From Eledone cirrhosa (Eukaryota), in assembly GCA_964016885.1 (NCBI GenBank), contig OZ024747.1, forward strand, positions 32,054,001-32,118,000: a stretch of 64,000 nt of DNA, written 5' to 3'. Each line of letters opens with the position of its first letter. Within the stretch, counting starts at the first letter, position 1. The notes under the pieces are model-generated. The model was not told the DNA's origin and ran no database searches. It was given only the letters and a program-made list of their open reading frames with translations. Of the stretch, positions 1 through 11,169 are shown in pieces. The position numbers and the translations under genes are program-made.

Positions 1-317
1 CTAAAAACTAACCTTCTAGTATTATTATTAAATAATTATTCTAGAACCTTCCTGCATCTCGCTCCCTAACTTTGTAAACACTTTTCTCCTTCTCTCATAC
101 CCCCCTCCGCCTGATCGCAAGTATAAAATAAATCTTGCTGGTTCACAAGGACAGAATTTATCTATCTAATCTATCTTACGGGCGATCTGTCGATTTTGAG
201 AATGTAAGCAATACTTGTCTTTTCTTTTATCCGTAGTCTTCTCAATAAGCAGTGTTTTAAACTCTTATTTATGCCAGTCTAAAATTCTACTTCTCCGTTT
301 TCCTCTCTGATTTTCAA

Positions 318-478
318 GTCGGACGCCATGCTTTCCAGCATAGTTACGTCCCTTTACGATCTGAGTTCAAATCCCGCCGAGGTTGACTTTGCCTTTCATC
401 CTTACGGGGTCGATAAAATAAAGTACCAGTAATGCACTGGTAAATTGCTGGCCTTGTGCCTAAAGTAGAAACAATTAT
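318..478 (+). mobile_element. tRNA-derived SINE family A, 5'-truncated
   Basis: B-box GAGTTCAAATCCC and core CTTTCATCCTTACGGGGTCGATAAAATAAAGTACCAG. Near-identical to copies at 27.1, 27.3, 33.6, 39.9 and 41.4 kb. Confidence 0.9.
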
Positions 479-726
479 TTTACATGTTTTTAATATGTCT
501 CAATCTGTTGGACCCTTCCTAAAAATTAACCTTCTCCTAAAGTTACCCATTTCCCGCCCACCCGCCACCACTCACCACCATTGTTATATGGTCCAATCAT
601 AACTCAGCGGCTTTAGTAAGTTCTCTAACAAATCAGTATAGCAAAGCTACCACATCGGTTACTACTCCTTAAATTTAGACCTGTTTGATGGGTTGACTGC
701 GGAAATTTGAAAAGTCTAAGCACTCA

Positions 727-3700
727 ATGACAATGTCACAGATAAAGATAAATTCACCTCCCGCTGAAAGACGAGAATACAAGGACCCCTCTTTATTTCA
801 GACACGGATGACTAACAAAATTCCGTCTCTCACACCCCTCCCTGCCCCTCCAACCCATCTGTCCCACCCTCCCAACTTCAGAGTTGGTACCTTGAACGTA
901 GGCACATTGAAAGGTCGGTCAAATGAGGTTGTAGAGATGCTTGAACGTAAAGAAGTTGATGTTTGTTGTATTCAAGAGACTAGGTGGATTCATCGTGGGT
1001 AAAAAACGATGCTATAAACTTTTCTGGGTGGGAAATGACAACGGACAGGGTGGTGTAGGTATATGTTAGCTGAAAAATGGGTAGATAAGGTAATTGACGT
1101 AAATAGAGTGAATGACAGAATAATTAAATTAAGACTAGTTCTAAATAGAACTACTGTGACAATAATATCCGCTTATGCACCCCAATCTGGTCTACCTGAT
1201 GTTATAAAGGACAGGTTCTATGAGATGCTAATGCACACTACCTCCCAAATAACTGACAGTGACTACTTAATTGTTGTTGGCGATCTAAACGGTCACGTTG
1301 GACAACATAGTGATGGCTATGATGGAATCCATGGAGGCTATGGCGTTGGAAATAGAAATGAGGAGGGCTTCAGAATCCTGGAATTCTGTGACGCAAATGG
1401 CCTAACTATCTGTAACACAAACTTCAAAAAACGTGAAAACCACTTGATCACCTATAGATCAGGGGAACACGCCAGCCAGATAGATTATATCCGAACTAGA
1501 AGACGGGACAAAGTGTCTGTTGTAAACACTAAATCCCTCCCCCGTGAAGACTACACCTCCCAACATAGCCTAGTAGTTAGTGACCTCATAGTCAGGAATA
1601 GACGTACTCGACGACAGAGGAGGCCTACCTTGAGGAGAAGAATATGGAAGTTGAAGGACCCCATAGCCAGTGACAAATTTAAAAGCTTATTACTTGATGC
1701 CTTTGACAATAAGGAAGAGCAATTAGAGACGTGCGATATAGAGGAACAGTGGCAATTCTTGAAAGTGAACCTGCTGAAAGCAACGGATGATGTCTGTGGC
1801 TGGAGCAGACCTATTGGCAGGAGGAGAGTAACTTGGTGGTGGAACAGTAAGGTGGAAGAGACAACCAAGGCCAAAAAGCAGGCTGGGAAAGTATGGCAGG
1901 ATGGGGGGAAGTTGAGAGCACTATCAAGTGGCCAGGAGAGAAGCTAGGAGACAAGTGTACCTTGCAAAAAGGGTAGCAGAGGATAGAAAGTTCAAGCATG
2001 TTCTACGGAGAGAAGCTAGGAGACAAGTGTACCTTGCAAAAAGGGTAGCAGAGGATAGAAAGTTCAAGCATGTTCTACGGAGAGAAGCTAGGAGACAAGT
2101 GTACCTTGCAAAAAGGGTAGCAGAGGATAGAAAGTTCAAGCATGTTCTACAATGTGAGGACTAAAAACGTGAGGTGTTCAGGATTGGTAGACAATTTGCC
2201 AAGGAAAACCGTGATATTGTCGGGGAGAAGTGTGTCCGTAATGATAATGGTGTACTTGTGCTCACTGATACCGATAAGAAGATAGTCTGGAAGTGTCACT
2301 ATGAGAAACTATTAAATGAGGAGAATAAATGGGAAAAAGATAGTCTGCCCCAAATCGATCCAATAGAAGGACCAGCTGTGCAAGTTAAAGGTAGTATAAT
2401 AAGTAAGGCAATCAAAGATATGAAGACAGGCAAGGCAGCTGGGCCTTCGGAGATAGTTGCTGAGATGTTGAAGGCATCTGGTATGGTGGGACACACTACG
2501 GTCACCCGTATAGTTAACCAAGTAATACAGAATGGGGTCATACCGAAAGACTGGCGTAGCATCATCATCATTAAGTGCTACAAGAGTAAAGGGGATGCTC
2601 TAGATAGGGGAACTATAGAGGCATTAAGTTAGTTGACCAGGTCATGAAGGTCACAGAAAGAGTTATAGCGCACTGATCAGAGAGCGAATTGATCTAGATG
2701 AAATGCAGTTTGGGTTTGTGTGAGGTAAAAGTACCACAGACGCTCTTTTCCTTGTACGACAACTACAAGAGAAGTACCTAGCTAAAAGTAAACCCCTCTA
2801 CTTAGCTTTTGTAGACCTGTCCCCCGCTCCATTATCTGGTGGGCTCTTTGAAAACTAGGTGTAGATGAATGGCTTGTGAGTGCTATACAAGCTATGTATA
2901 ATGAAACAGTCAGTAAGGTTAGAATTAACAATGAATATTGTGAAGAATTTAGTGTAAAAGTTGGCATTCATCAAGGCTCTGTCCTTAGCCCCCTCCTATT
3001 TATTCCCCTTCAGGCTATAACAGAGGAGTTCAAGACCGGCTGCCCATGGGAACTCCTATACGCAGATGATCTAATGCTCATAGCTGAATCAATGGCTGAA
3101 CTAGAGAAGAAATTCGAAACATGGAAGCATGGCCTAGAATCAAAAGGCCTTAAAGTTAACTTGTCTAAGACTAAAGTTCTAGTTTGTAGAAAGAAAAATA
3201 GGGCCCAGGTGCCCTCAGGGAAATGGCCATGCTCAGTGTGTAGGAAAGGAGTAGACAGAAATTCCATTTTATGTCCCAAATGCAAAGTATGGGTACATAA
3301 AAGATGTAGCGGGATCACAGGTAAACTATCTAAGAACGTAGACTTTATATGTGGTCGATGCCCAGGTGCAATAAGTAGCAAGTGTCCACAGGATACTAGC
3401 TCCTTCTATTGCACAGATGGTTCTATAGAAATAGCAGACACTTTCCGTTACCTGGGTGACGAAATCAGCAGTGGTGGAGAGTGCTCTGAAAGTACAGTAG
3501 CCAGAGTCAGAACGGGATGGAAAAAGTTCAGAGAGCTTATACCGCTGTTGGCCACAAAAGGTTTCTCTCTAAAAATGAAAGGCAGATTGTATGATGCTTG
3601 TATACGAACAGCAAGCTACATGGCAGTGAGACATGGGCATTACGTGCAAAGGACCTGCGCAGGCTGGAAAGGAACGAAGCATGCATGCTCCGTTTGATGT

Positions 3701-4038
3701 GTAATAGTAATATACGTGAACGGCAAAGCCTAAATGAACTAAGTGAGAAATTAGGAATAAGAGGTATCAGATGCTGTTTACTTGAGAGAAGCCTACGTTG
3801 GTATGGCCACGTGATGCGCATGAAAGACGACAGCTGTATAAAAAAGTGCAGGGCGATCAAAATTGGTAGTAGTTACGGAGTAGGTAGACCCAGAAAAACC
3901 TGGGACGATCCAATAAATTCCGACCTTACACACTTGCACCTCTCTAAGACAATGTCACTGGACCGAGATCTTTGGCGCTACGCAGTAATACAGAAGACTC
4001 GCCTTGCCTATGTACAAAGCGAAACCTACAGTCAGTAG
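727..4038 (+). pseudogene. Disrupted APE-endonuclease/reverse transcriptase ORF of the RTE element
   Basis: Spread over ORFs 727-1002, 1063-1947, 1928-2164, 2174-2632, 2876-3697 and 3598-4038, separated by frameshifts and stops. Confidence 0.93.
1935..2150 (+). repeat. Perfect 72-bp tandem triplication inside the RTE ORF
   Basis: Unit GGAGAGAAGCTAGG...GTTCTAC starts at 1935, 2007 and 2079; it encodes RREARRQVYLAKRVAEDRKFKHVL three times. Confidence 0.95.
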
Positions 4039-4439
4039 GCACCTCTTAACCAAATATACACCACAATCCACTACCCCTACCCTATCCTCCCACTCCCACC
4101 AACACCACCCTCTCTCTGTAAAGTTGGTACCACAATATGCAATCCAAATAAATGAAATAATGAGATCGAGATTGTGTAGGTGTCACGACAAAAAAAACAC
4201 ACAGTCCACGCTGTAATGTGGCCGTGTAGGTAACACGGTAAAAAGTTCCCAGTTCCACACTGTAAATGTGGTTGGTGTTAGGAAGGGCATCCAGCCGTAG
4301 AAAACCTGCCAGGTAGTCCTATATGAGCGAGACACGGTCACCCGACCAACCTTGACTCAAATTGGGACAACTCCCGTCTAACCCATGCTAGCGTGGAAAA
4401 TGGACGTTAAACGAAGATGGGGATGATGATGATGATGAT

Positions 4440-4525
4440 ATATATATATATATTTACACGTGCATACATACATATACACACACACACATACATATATACA
4501 CACACATACATACATAAATATATAT

Positions 4526-4589
<64 letters not shown>
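4440..4589. repeat. (TA)n/(CA)n microsatellite
   Basis: Direct reading. Confidence 0.95.
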
Positions 4590-4839
4590 GAAAATGAGGT
4601 TTCTTTTTAAATGAAAAATTAACGAGATGTCCTACACGAGTGAAGTATAAGGAAAAGAAATCGAAAATGCAACTGGAGTCTTTTAAAGAATATTTATTTG
4701 TTTCCTTTACCGGTTTCACAGTTCTTATGCTTTTCAAAAGTAGAATTGAGATGGTGGGTTTGTGGTCTTTCATGCATATGTTTGGTGTTCAAATGTTATG
4801 TGGAAAAAGTGGCTTGAATCGCTAGGTTTTTTAAAAAAG

Positions 4840-5170
4840 TAATTTGGTTTGTTAATGACTGCCATGTGAATAAGTATAATACATTTCGTGCCAGTTCGCG
4901 TTACAAAGTCCTTATTGTATTTGCCTTTAAAACAAAGAAGCTCAAATTGTTTCTTCATATATAAGTGAAATTTGGTTGGTTGATGACAGTCACGTAAATA
5001 AGCACATCAAATTTCGCGCCAGTTCGCGTTTGAGGGTTCTTTATTGTAATTTTCACTTAAAAAAGTGGGTCAAAATGTTTTCTTTTTATTAATGTAATTT
5101 GATTGTTTATGTCTGTCACATGAATAAGTACATTACATTTTGTGCCAGTTCTTTGTAGTCATTTTCACAG
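4840..5170. repeat. Three diverged ~127-bp direct repeats, possibly internal repeats of a DNA element
   Basis: Motif TTTCGYGCCAGTTC recurs near 4885, 5012 and 5140. Confidence 0.55.
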
Positions 5171-5600
5171 TCACATGATTTGTCTTAGAGAGTTTTGTGC
5201 AAAACAAAAGATAATGGTCAAGAAAAAGGGATGGAGAGAAATCGTTCTGGTTCAGTGAGTATGGCTGATGTGCTGAGGTGTCAAAATTCAGACTTTCTTT
5301 TGAAATAAATTGAATGTTTGTATCGATAGTGGAAGTGGTGGCGACAGGGTAGAAAAAAGAGATATATATTTTTACTTGTGTGCGGATGTGTGTGTGGTAG
5401 TCTTGATAGCTGCTAATGAGCGAGAAACACAACTGTTGATTACTCCCCTATGTTTTTGCCGAAAATAAGTAAGTGACATAGTCACTGCTTTAAAATTCAT
5501 AGCGAATGATCTTCAAAGTGCTTTTAATTAAATATACAGTATATTATCAAATATACTATACATACATTCATATGTACATCACTATTTCAGAGCAGTAATG

Positions 5601-5639
<39 letters not shown>

Positions 5640-5647
<8 letters not shown>

Positions 5648-6261
5648 ATGTATATATAATGTATTTTGCAATACACTTTATGCTTAATTAAAAGCATTTT
5701 GAAGACCGTAAGCTATTGTTTTAAAGTAGTGACAAATTCACTCACTTTGATCTCAGCAAACAGGGGAGATAAGCCGACAAGACTTGTTTCGCTTTGGTTG
5801 AAGCTTATCAAGGCCAACTACCCCACCTGTTTGCTGAGATCATTGATGTTATATTCTTATAGAAATCTAGTAAATAATCAGGAGCTGATTATGCAGAGCG
5901 GTTGTTGGTCAGGCAGAAATAAAAAATTAGAATTGGAGCTCTGAAATAGCAATATATATATGGATGTATATATATAATGTATTTTGCAATACACTTTATG
6001 CTTAATTAAAAGCATTTTGAAGACCGTAAGCTATTGCTTTAAAGTAGTGACAAATTCACTCACTTTGATCTCAGCAAACAGGGGAGATAAGCCGACAAGA
6101 CTTGTTTCGCTTTGGTTGAAGCTTATCAAAGCCAACTACCCCACCTGTTTGCTGAGATCATTGATGTTATATTCTTATAGAAATCTAGTAAATAATCAGG
6201 AGCTGTTTTTAATTTCTGCCTGACCAACAATCGCTCTGCATAATCAGCTCCTGATTATTTA
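5640..6261 (-). mobile_element. Two tandem copies (318-bp period) of a PLE pseudo-LTR-like segment; second copy ends in a short inversion
   Basis: 5640-5886 matches 5958-6206. 5869-5926 reappears inverted at 6207-6261. Flanked by (TA)n. Each copy has a degenerate hammerhead motif. Confidence 0.7.
5772..5819 (-). ncRNA. Degenerate type I hammerhead motif (second copy at 6090-6137)
   Basis: Minus strand reads ttggcc TTGATAA gcttcaaccaaagc GAAA caag TC ttgtcggc. Core is mutated; position is homologous to the intact motif at 7221-7266. Confidence 0.55.
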
Positions 6262-6552
6262 GTCAGGCGTTTCTGAAGGTTCTAGTTATCAAAGTTGGAG
6301 TAGTTATCAAGGAGAGAGTGGGTGAAGCCAGTCAAGCAGCTTTACCCACTCCCTCTTTGTTCTACAGGCAAGTTCACCCTCCCCCACCCACCCTCCGCCA
6401 TGAAAGATTTAACTGTGTTCACAAAGAACTTCGACCACTCCTTTTGACAACTACAACCTTCAGAAACGCCTGACTATCGCATGCCCATATATGGAATTAC
6501 GCCTTGAAAAGATCGGATATATCAACACCACGCTAACAAGTTAATTTAGTCC

Positions 6553-6597
6553 AGAAATAGCCGTCGAAACGGCTTGAGCTCTGCCGTCGGGGTCCTG
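6553..6597 (+). ncRNA. 3' half of a hammerhead motif (same family as 18288-18334)
   Basis: agccgtc GAAA cggcttgagctctgccg TC ggggtc; stem III is ACGGC/GCCGT. Confidence 0.55.
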
Positions 6598-6616
6598 ACT
6601 ATCTTCCTATATATAT

Positions 6617-7024
6617 AAACAAAAATTTAAATTTTGAAAACCAAAACAATGCGTTATGAAGAAGGTTAAATTGCCAAGATAACAACTGAATCTTACCTTA
6701 GCAAATTTAACGATCCCAAACATTTTTGGGTTTAAAAACCCACTATCAAGGGGGAGTAATCCTATGAGAGACTTAAAAATCAATCAGATAGCCTTGCTTG
6801 TTTGGAGAGCAGATTTAAAAAAAAATTAAATCTGCTCTCCAAACAAGCAAGGCTATAACAATCGATGTTTAAGTCTCTCATGGAGTTACTCCTTCGAAAA
6901 TGGGTTTTTAAACCCGAAAATATTTGGGATCGTTAAATTTGCTAAGGTAAGATTGTTTTGTTATCTTGGCAATTTAACGTTCTTCATAACACATTGCTTT
7001 GGTTTTCAAAATTTAAATTTGTTT
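6617..7024. repeat. Imperfect ~400-bp fold-back with a degenerate hammerhead in each arm
   Basis: Arms about 6617-6815 and 6828-7024 around an A-tract. Right arm reads tcc ttcgaaaa tgggtttttaaaccc GAAA atat TT ggga. Confidence 0.8.
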
Positions 7025-7084
7025 CCTATTCAAAATTGCTTCAAGCAAGCTATTAAACTCTGTTATACATATATATATGTAAAT

Positions 7085-7290
7085 ATATATATGAATGTAT
7101 ATATAGTGTATTTTGCAATACACTGTATGCTTAATTAAAAGCATTTTGAAGACCTTACACTATTGTTTTAAAGTAGTGACTATGTCACTTACTTCTTTTT
7201 TTCAGAAAACAAAGGGAGATAAGCTGACAGATCTCTGTTTCGTACTGATGGTACTCCTCAGAGCCTAGCACTCCCTTTGCCTGCTGAAAA
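7085..7290 (-). mobile_element. PLE pseudo-LTR-like segment related to 5640-6206
   Basis: Shares TTGCAATACAC...AAGCATTTTGAAGACC...AAAGTAGTGAC with the 5.7 and 6.0 kb copies. Confidence 0.7.
7221..7266 (-). ncRNA. Type I hammerhead ribozyme, intact core
   Basis: Minus strand reads aggct CTGAGGA gtac-catca-gtac GAAA caga-ga-tctg TC agctt. All three stems pair; GUC cleavage triplet. Confidence 0.85.
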
Positions 7291-7644
7291 TTAGGAATGT
7301 TGGAATGTATGTGAACATGTGTCTATGTAGATCTCATATATGTATACATAAATGTTTTCAACTTATACAAAAATTATTTGGGGATTCATACTCCCTAGGG
7401 ACTTTAGACTGAAGAACTGACCACTGATTGATTTTACATATGTCTTTAAACCATTGATATCTAAAATTATTTGGCTAGCAGCTCGTGTGTATATATATAT
7501 ATATATATATATGTAAGAGTTCTATTTAAATTGTTGGGATACAACAAGCAAATATTTTTATAACTGATATAAAGCACTCAATAAATATTTGGAGTAAAAA
7601 TACGATATTAACAAATGGAAACTATATTTATAAAACCATATTTA

Positions 7645-7705
7645 TTTCATTATACATATTTCAAGGACACCAAGTTAAATTATGGTGTGCTTTCATCAGA
7701 TAAAA
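7645..7705 (-). ncRNA. Type I hammerhead ribozyme in the PLE pseudo-LTR
   Basis: Minus strand reads ttttat CTGATGA aagcacacca-taatttaact-tggtgtcctt GAAA tatgta TA atgaaa. Confidence 0.8.
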
Positions 7706-9209
7706 TATAATATAGATCAGTTTTATAAATAAATATTGACATACCCTTAAAGAATGCAACCATTACTGTTGGAAGCTCCCGGATAGTGGAGTTGTAGCTT
7801 TAATTATATTATTAGGTAAGTTAGTATTGGATATTTTAAAAATAAGCCGTTGGGTTACGGAGAAAGAGAAAGATAGAGAAGGAAAGAGAGAGAAAAAGCA
7901 GAACAACAGAGATAGAAAGATAGAGAGAGAGAGGAGACAGAGAAAGGAGAGAGAACGAAAAACTCCAAGTCATATCTTGTTGAGTTATCTTAACAATTGA
8001 GATGAAATGAATAAATAAAATTAGAAATGTTAATAATCATGAATGGAATATACATATATAATATGAGAAATTTAACCATTGTTTAAATATGATTAGATGT
8101 TTAGTTAATCAGTTAAATATTGAGATCAATATATTAAAAATTGGGATCTATATATTAAGAAATCTATACATTATTATATTGTTAAAGATCTATATATTAT
8201 ATAACACGTATACACACGCAAAAATACATACATATAAATATATATACACACTTATAAAAAAATATATATATATCTGACTACGTATATAAAATATAAAGGA
8301 TTCTTTAATTTAAGATATAGGAATCTTATAAAATCAGAGAAGGAAAATTATGTTATATAGTTATATCAATGTTACAATTGTTAAGATATTAAAGGAAATT
8401 TTATGTTTTACACACTTTATGCTATTAAACAACATTTTTTTAATATAAGTTTTATAAGATTACCTGTTATGTATTTATGGCTGTTATTATATGTCTATTC
8501 GTTACGAATCTTGGGATAATCACTATACATAAGTGCTATCGAATTGTATGGATATACACGCACATGTACATACACAATTCCCACTTATACATACATATAT
8601 ATGTGCCCACACAAATAGGTAGATACGCATCAGGTATATATATACATACAGATAGACACACACGCATAAAACATATGTAGATGTATGTCAATACGCACAT
8701 ATACATATATACACACATATAGAGAGAGAAGTATAAATAAATACAGCATATAGTATAATTGAAGTACATAAAATACAAAAGAATTATATTACGATTTGGA
8801 AATATAATTATAAGCAATATAACTTCAAAAACAATATAACTTTAAAATATTATAGAATATTTCAAGTTATAATTTCAAAATAATAGTATGTTTAATAGAT
8901 TTAGTATAGAAATTTTCTACGTATATTTAACTTAATTTTATATCCATAAGAGAAATAAACAGAAACTTTGAAAGGATAAACTTTCGAAAATAGGAGAAAC
9001 TATCAAACAATAAAAAAAAAATATATAAGAAATATTTTCTCATTTCAAGGGCCCTCAGTATATTTCTCTAGAATAGTTTATTATATTTATTTATATTTAG
9101 GAAGAAAAGTTATTTTTACTTGAGTGTATAATCAGTCAAAAAGATGAAGGAATCTAATGATTTATCGACAGGTTCAATATATAAATAGAATTAATTAATT
9201 AATTATATA

Positions 9210-10415
9210 TTACATTTTAAATTTATATTTAAACGTTGAGTTTAATCTATGTCTAAAGCAACTGAATAAATTATTCCTTAAGTTCAGGGAATTTTTGGTC
9301 TTTAATATAAAGAATATTTCCTCTATACAAAGATCACAATTTTCTGAAGAGGAGTTAAAAAGAGTAGCTTTTGAAATAATATTCCAAATCAACGAATATT
9401 CAACGTTCTTTAGTTTGAGGTCCCATAATAGGCTAGATAGAGAAGTTGAAGATTTTTTGTTTGGATCTGTAAAAGAATTTTTATGATTATTGAAGCGGGA
9501 TTTAAACTGTGGAAGTGGATCCCACATAATTAAATAAATTTAAATTAGTTTTTACATTACAATTATATACTATATTTTTAGCTAAGCAATTGTTATTTAA
9601 CGGACAGTTAGATTTATTTCTACAGTTACATTTATCAAATTGGATACTGCTTGGGTTATTAGTGGTATTTTGGTTAGGTTTTAAATTTCTATTATTAATT
9701 CTATTAATATTTTGCGCTAAATTTTTGGTGGAAGAATAAGTTAATTTTATAGTATATCTATTAAAAATTGAGTAATATCTATGTGTTCTAGGGAAGCATT
9801 TGTCAAGAGCTTTAAAAAATAGTTTAGCAATAGGGGTTTTAATATTTAATGAGAAAGGAGGAGCGAACCATAATATGTTCCTAGTTCTCTTTCTTTTTCC
9901 GCTTTTGGAATTAATGTAAGGTTTTCTATTATAGTTGTTAAAATTGTTACAATAGTTAAAATTGTTACGATTATGGTTAGTTGTTATATTATTATTATTA
10001 TGAATGTATTTAATTTTATTTCTATACCCAGCTCTACCTAACGCTTCGTTGTAATAATGTGCTTTTTCATCAAATATATTTTTATTAGCTGAAATTCTCG
10101 AAATTCGTTCTTGTACAGAGTTCATTATAGTATTTTTAACGGATCTGGCATGATTAGAGTTAAAATTGACGTAGTTTAAGTTCTCATTTAGTTTGTGAAA
10201 TGGATAATGAAGACATGTGTTAAGATTTAGTGTTACATCTAGAAAGTTAACTATTTTATGGGTATTCTCTATTTCTACTTTTAGATTAAGGTAATTAAAA
10301 AATTGTATAATTTATTTTCTTTTTCTATTTAGTTCACAGTTATTATTTTCTATAAGTAAAAGCATGTCGTCACGATATAAACCTCCGGTTATCTCAGGTA
10401 TTTTCCTATGTAGAG
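9210..10415 (-). pseudogene. C-terminal RT, thumb and GIY-YIG endonuclease of the PLE
   Basis: ORFs 9502-10125 and 9210-9527 plus upstream YRDD. One TAA stop near 10313 and a frameshift near 9505. Confidence 0.9.
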
Positions 10416-10793
10416 AATTATTTATAAATTTCTCATATTATATATGTATATTCCATTCATGATTATTAACATTTCTAATTTTATTTGTTCATTTCATCTC
10501 AATTGTTAAGATAACTCAACAAGATATGACTTAGAGTTTTTCTTTCTCTCTCCTTTCTCTGTCTCCTCTCTCTCTCTATCTTTCTATTTCTGTTGTTCTG
10601 CTCTTTCTCTCTCTTTCCTTCTCTATCTCTCTCTTTCTCCGTAACCCAATGGCTTATTTTTAAAATATCCAATACTAACTTATCTAATAATATAATTAAA
10701 GCTACAACTTCACTATCCGGGAGCTTCCAACAGTAATGGTTGCATTCTTTAAGGGTATGTCAATATTTATTTATAAAACTGATCTATATTATA

Positions 10794-10854
10794 TTTTATC
10801 TGGTGAAAGCACACCATAATTTAACTTGGTGTCCTTGAAATATGTATAATGAAA
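10794..10854 (+). ncRNA. Inverted copy of the pseudo-LTR hammerhead with a core mutation
   Basis: Same as 7645-7705 but CTGGTGA instead of CTGATGA. Confidence 0.7.
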
Positions 10855-10895
10855 TAAATATAGTTTTATAAATATAGTTTCCATTTGTTAATATC

Positions 10896-10936
<41 letters not shown>

Positions 10937-11169
10937 TGTGTGTGATTCCATGTATGTATGCATGTATGAATGAATTTAGACCGACCACCACTGATTCTAA
11001 CTTTTAGCAAGTTCACTGGTATCAATCCACCGGAATTCAACATTGCTCTCACTGATCATTTCCACGCATTTCTCCACACCAAAATCCACAATGGATGTGT
11101 ATAGGGACACTACATCCATACTACCTATTATACAGTCTGTTAATAGCGAAAATAACCGATCTAGGGACC

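Larger units (their letters stand above)
727..4439 (+). mobile_element. RTE-clade non-LTR retrotransposon (family A), near full length, degenerate
   Basis: APE motifs (TLNVGTL, CCIQETRW, SAYAPQ, GDLNGHVG, QIDY). RT motifs (QGSVLSPLLF, YADD, FRYLG). RTE C-terminus LRWYGHVMRM...GRPRKTW. (GAT)n tail at about 4417-4439. Confidence 0.95.
7513..10898 (-). mobile_element. 5'-truncated Penelope-like element (Naiad-like) with inverted pseudo-LTR
   Basis: RT GGLYRDD, VNFLDVTL, WFAPPFS. GIY-YIG CNCR..CPL..CL..IVY..YVGST, FKSRFNNH, CDLC..E, LN.R...CFRH. 7601-8074 is inverted at 10426-10898. Flanked by (TA)n. Confidence 0.9.

Noticed and set aside
490-880. HDV-like ribozyme expected in an RTE 5' UTR
   Set aside because: Could not identify the nested double pseudoknot by eye; needs a descriptor search.
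9210-10415. Selenocysteine recoding as reported for some Naiads
   Set aside because: The in-frame stop seen is TAA, and the conserved cysteines are ordinary Cys codons.
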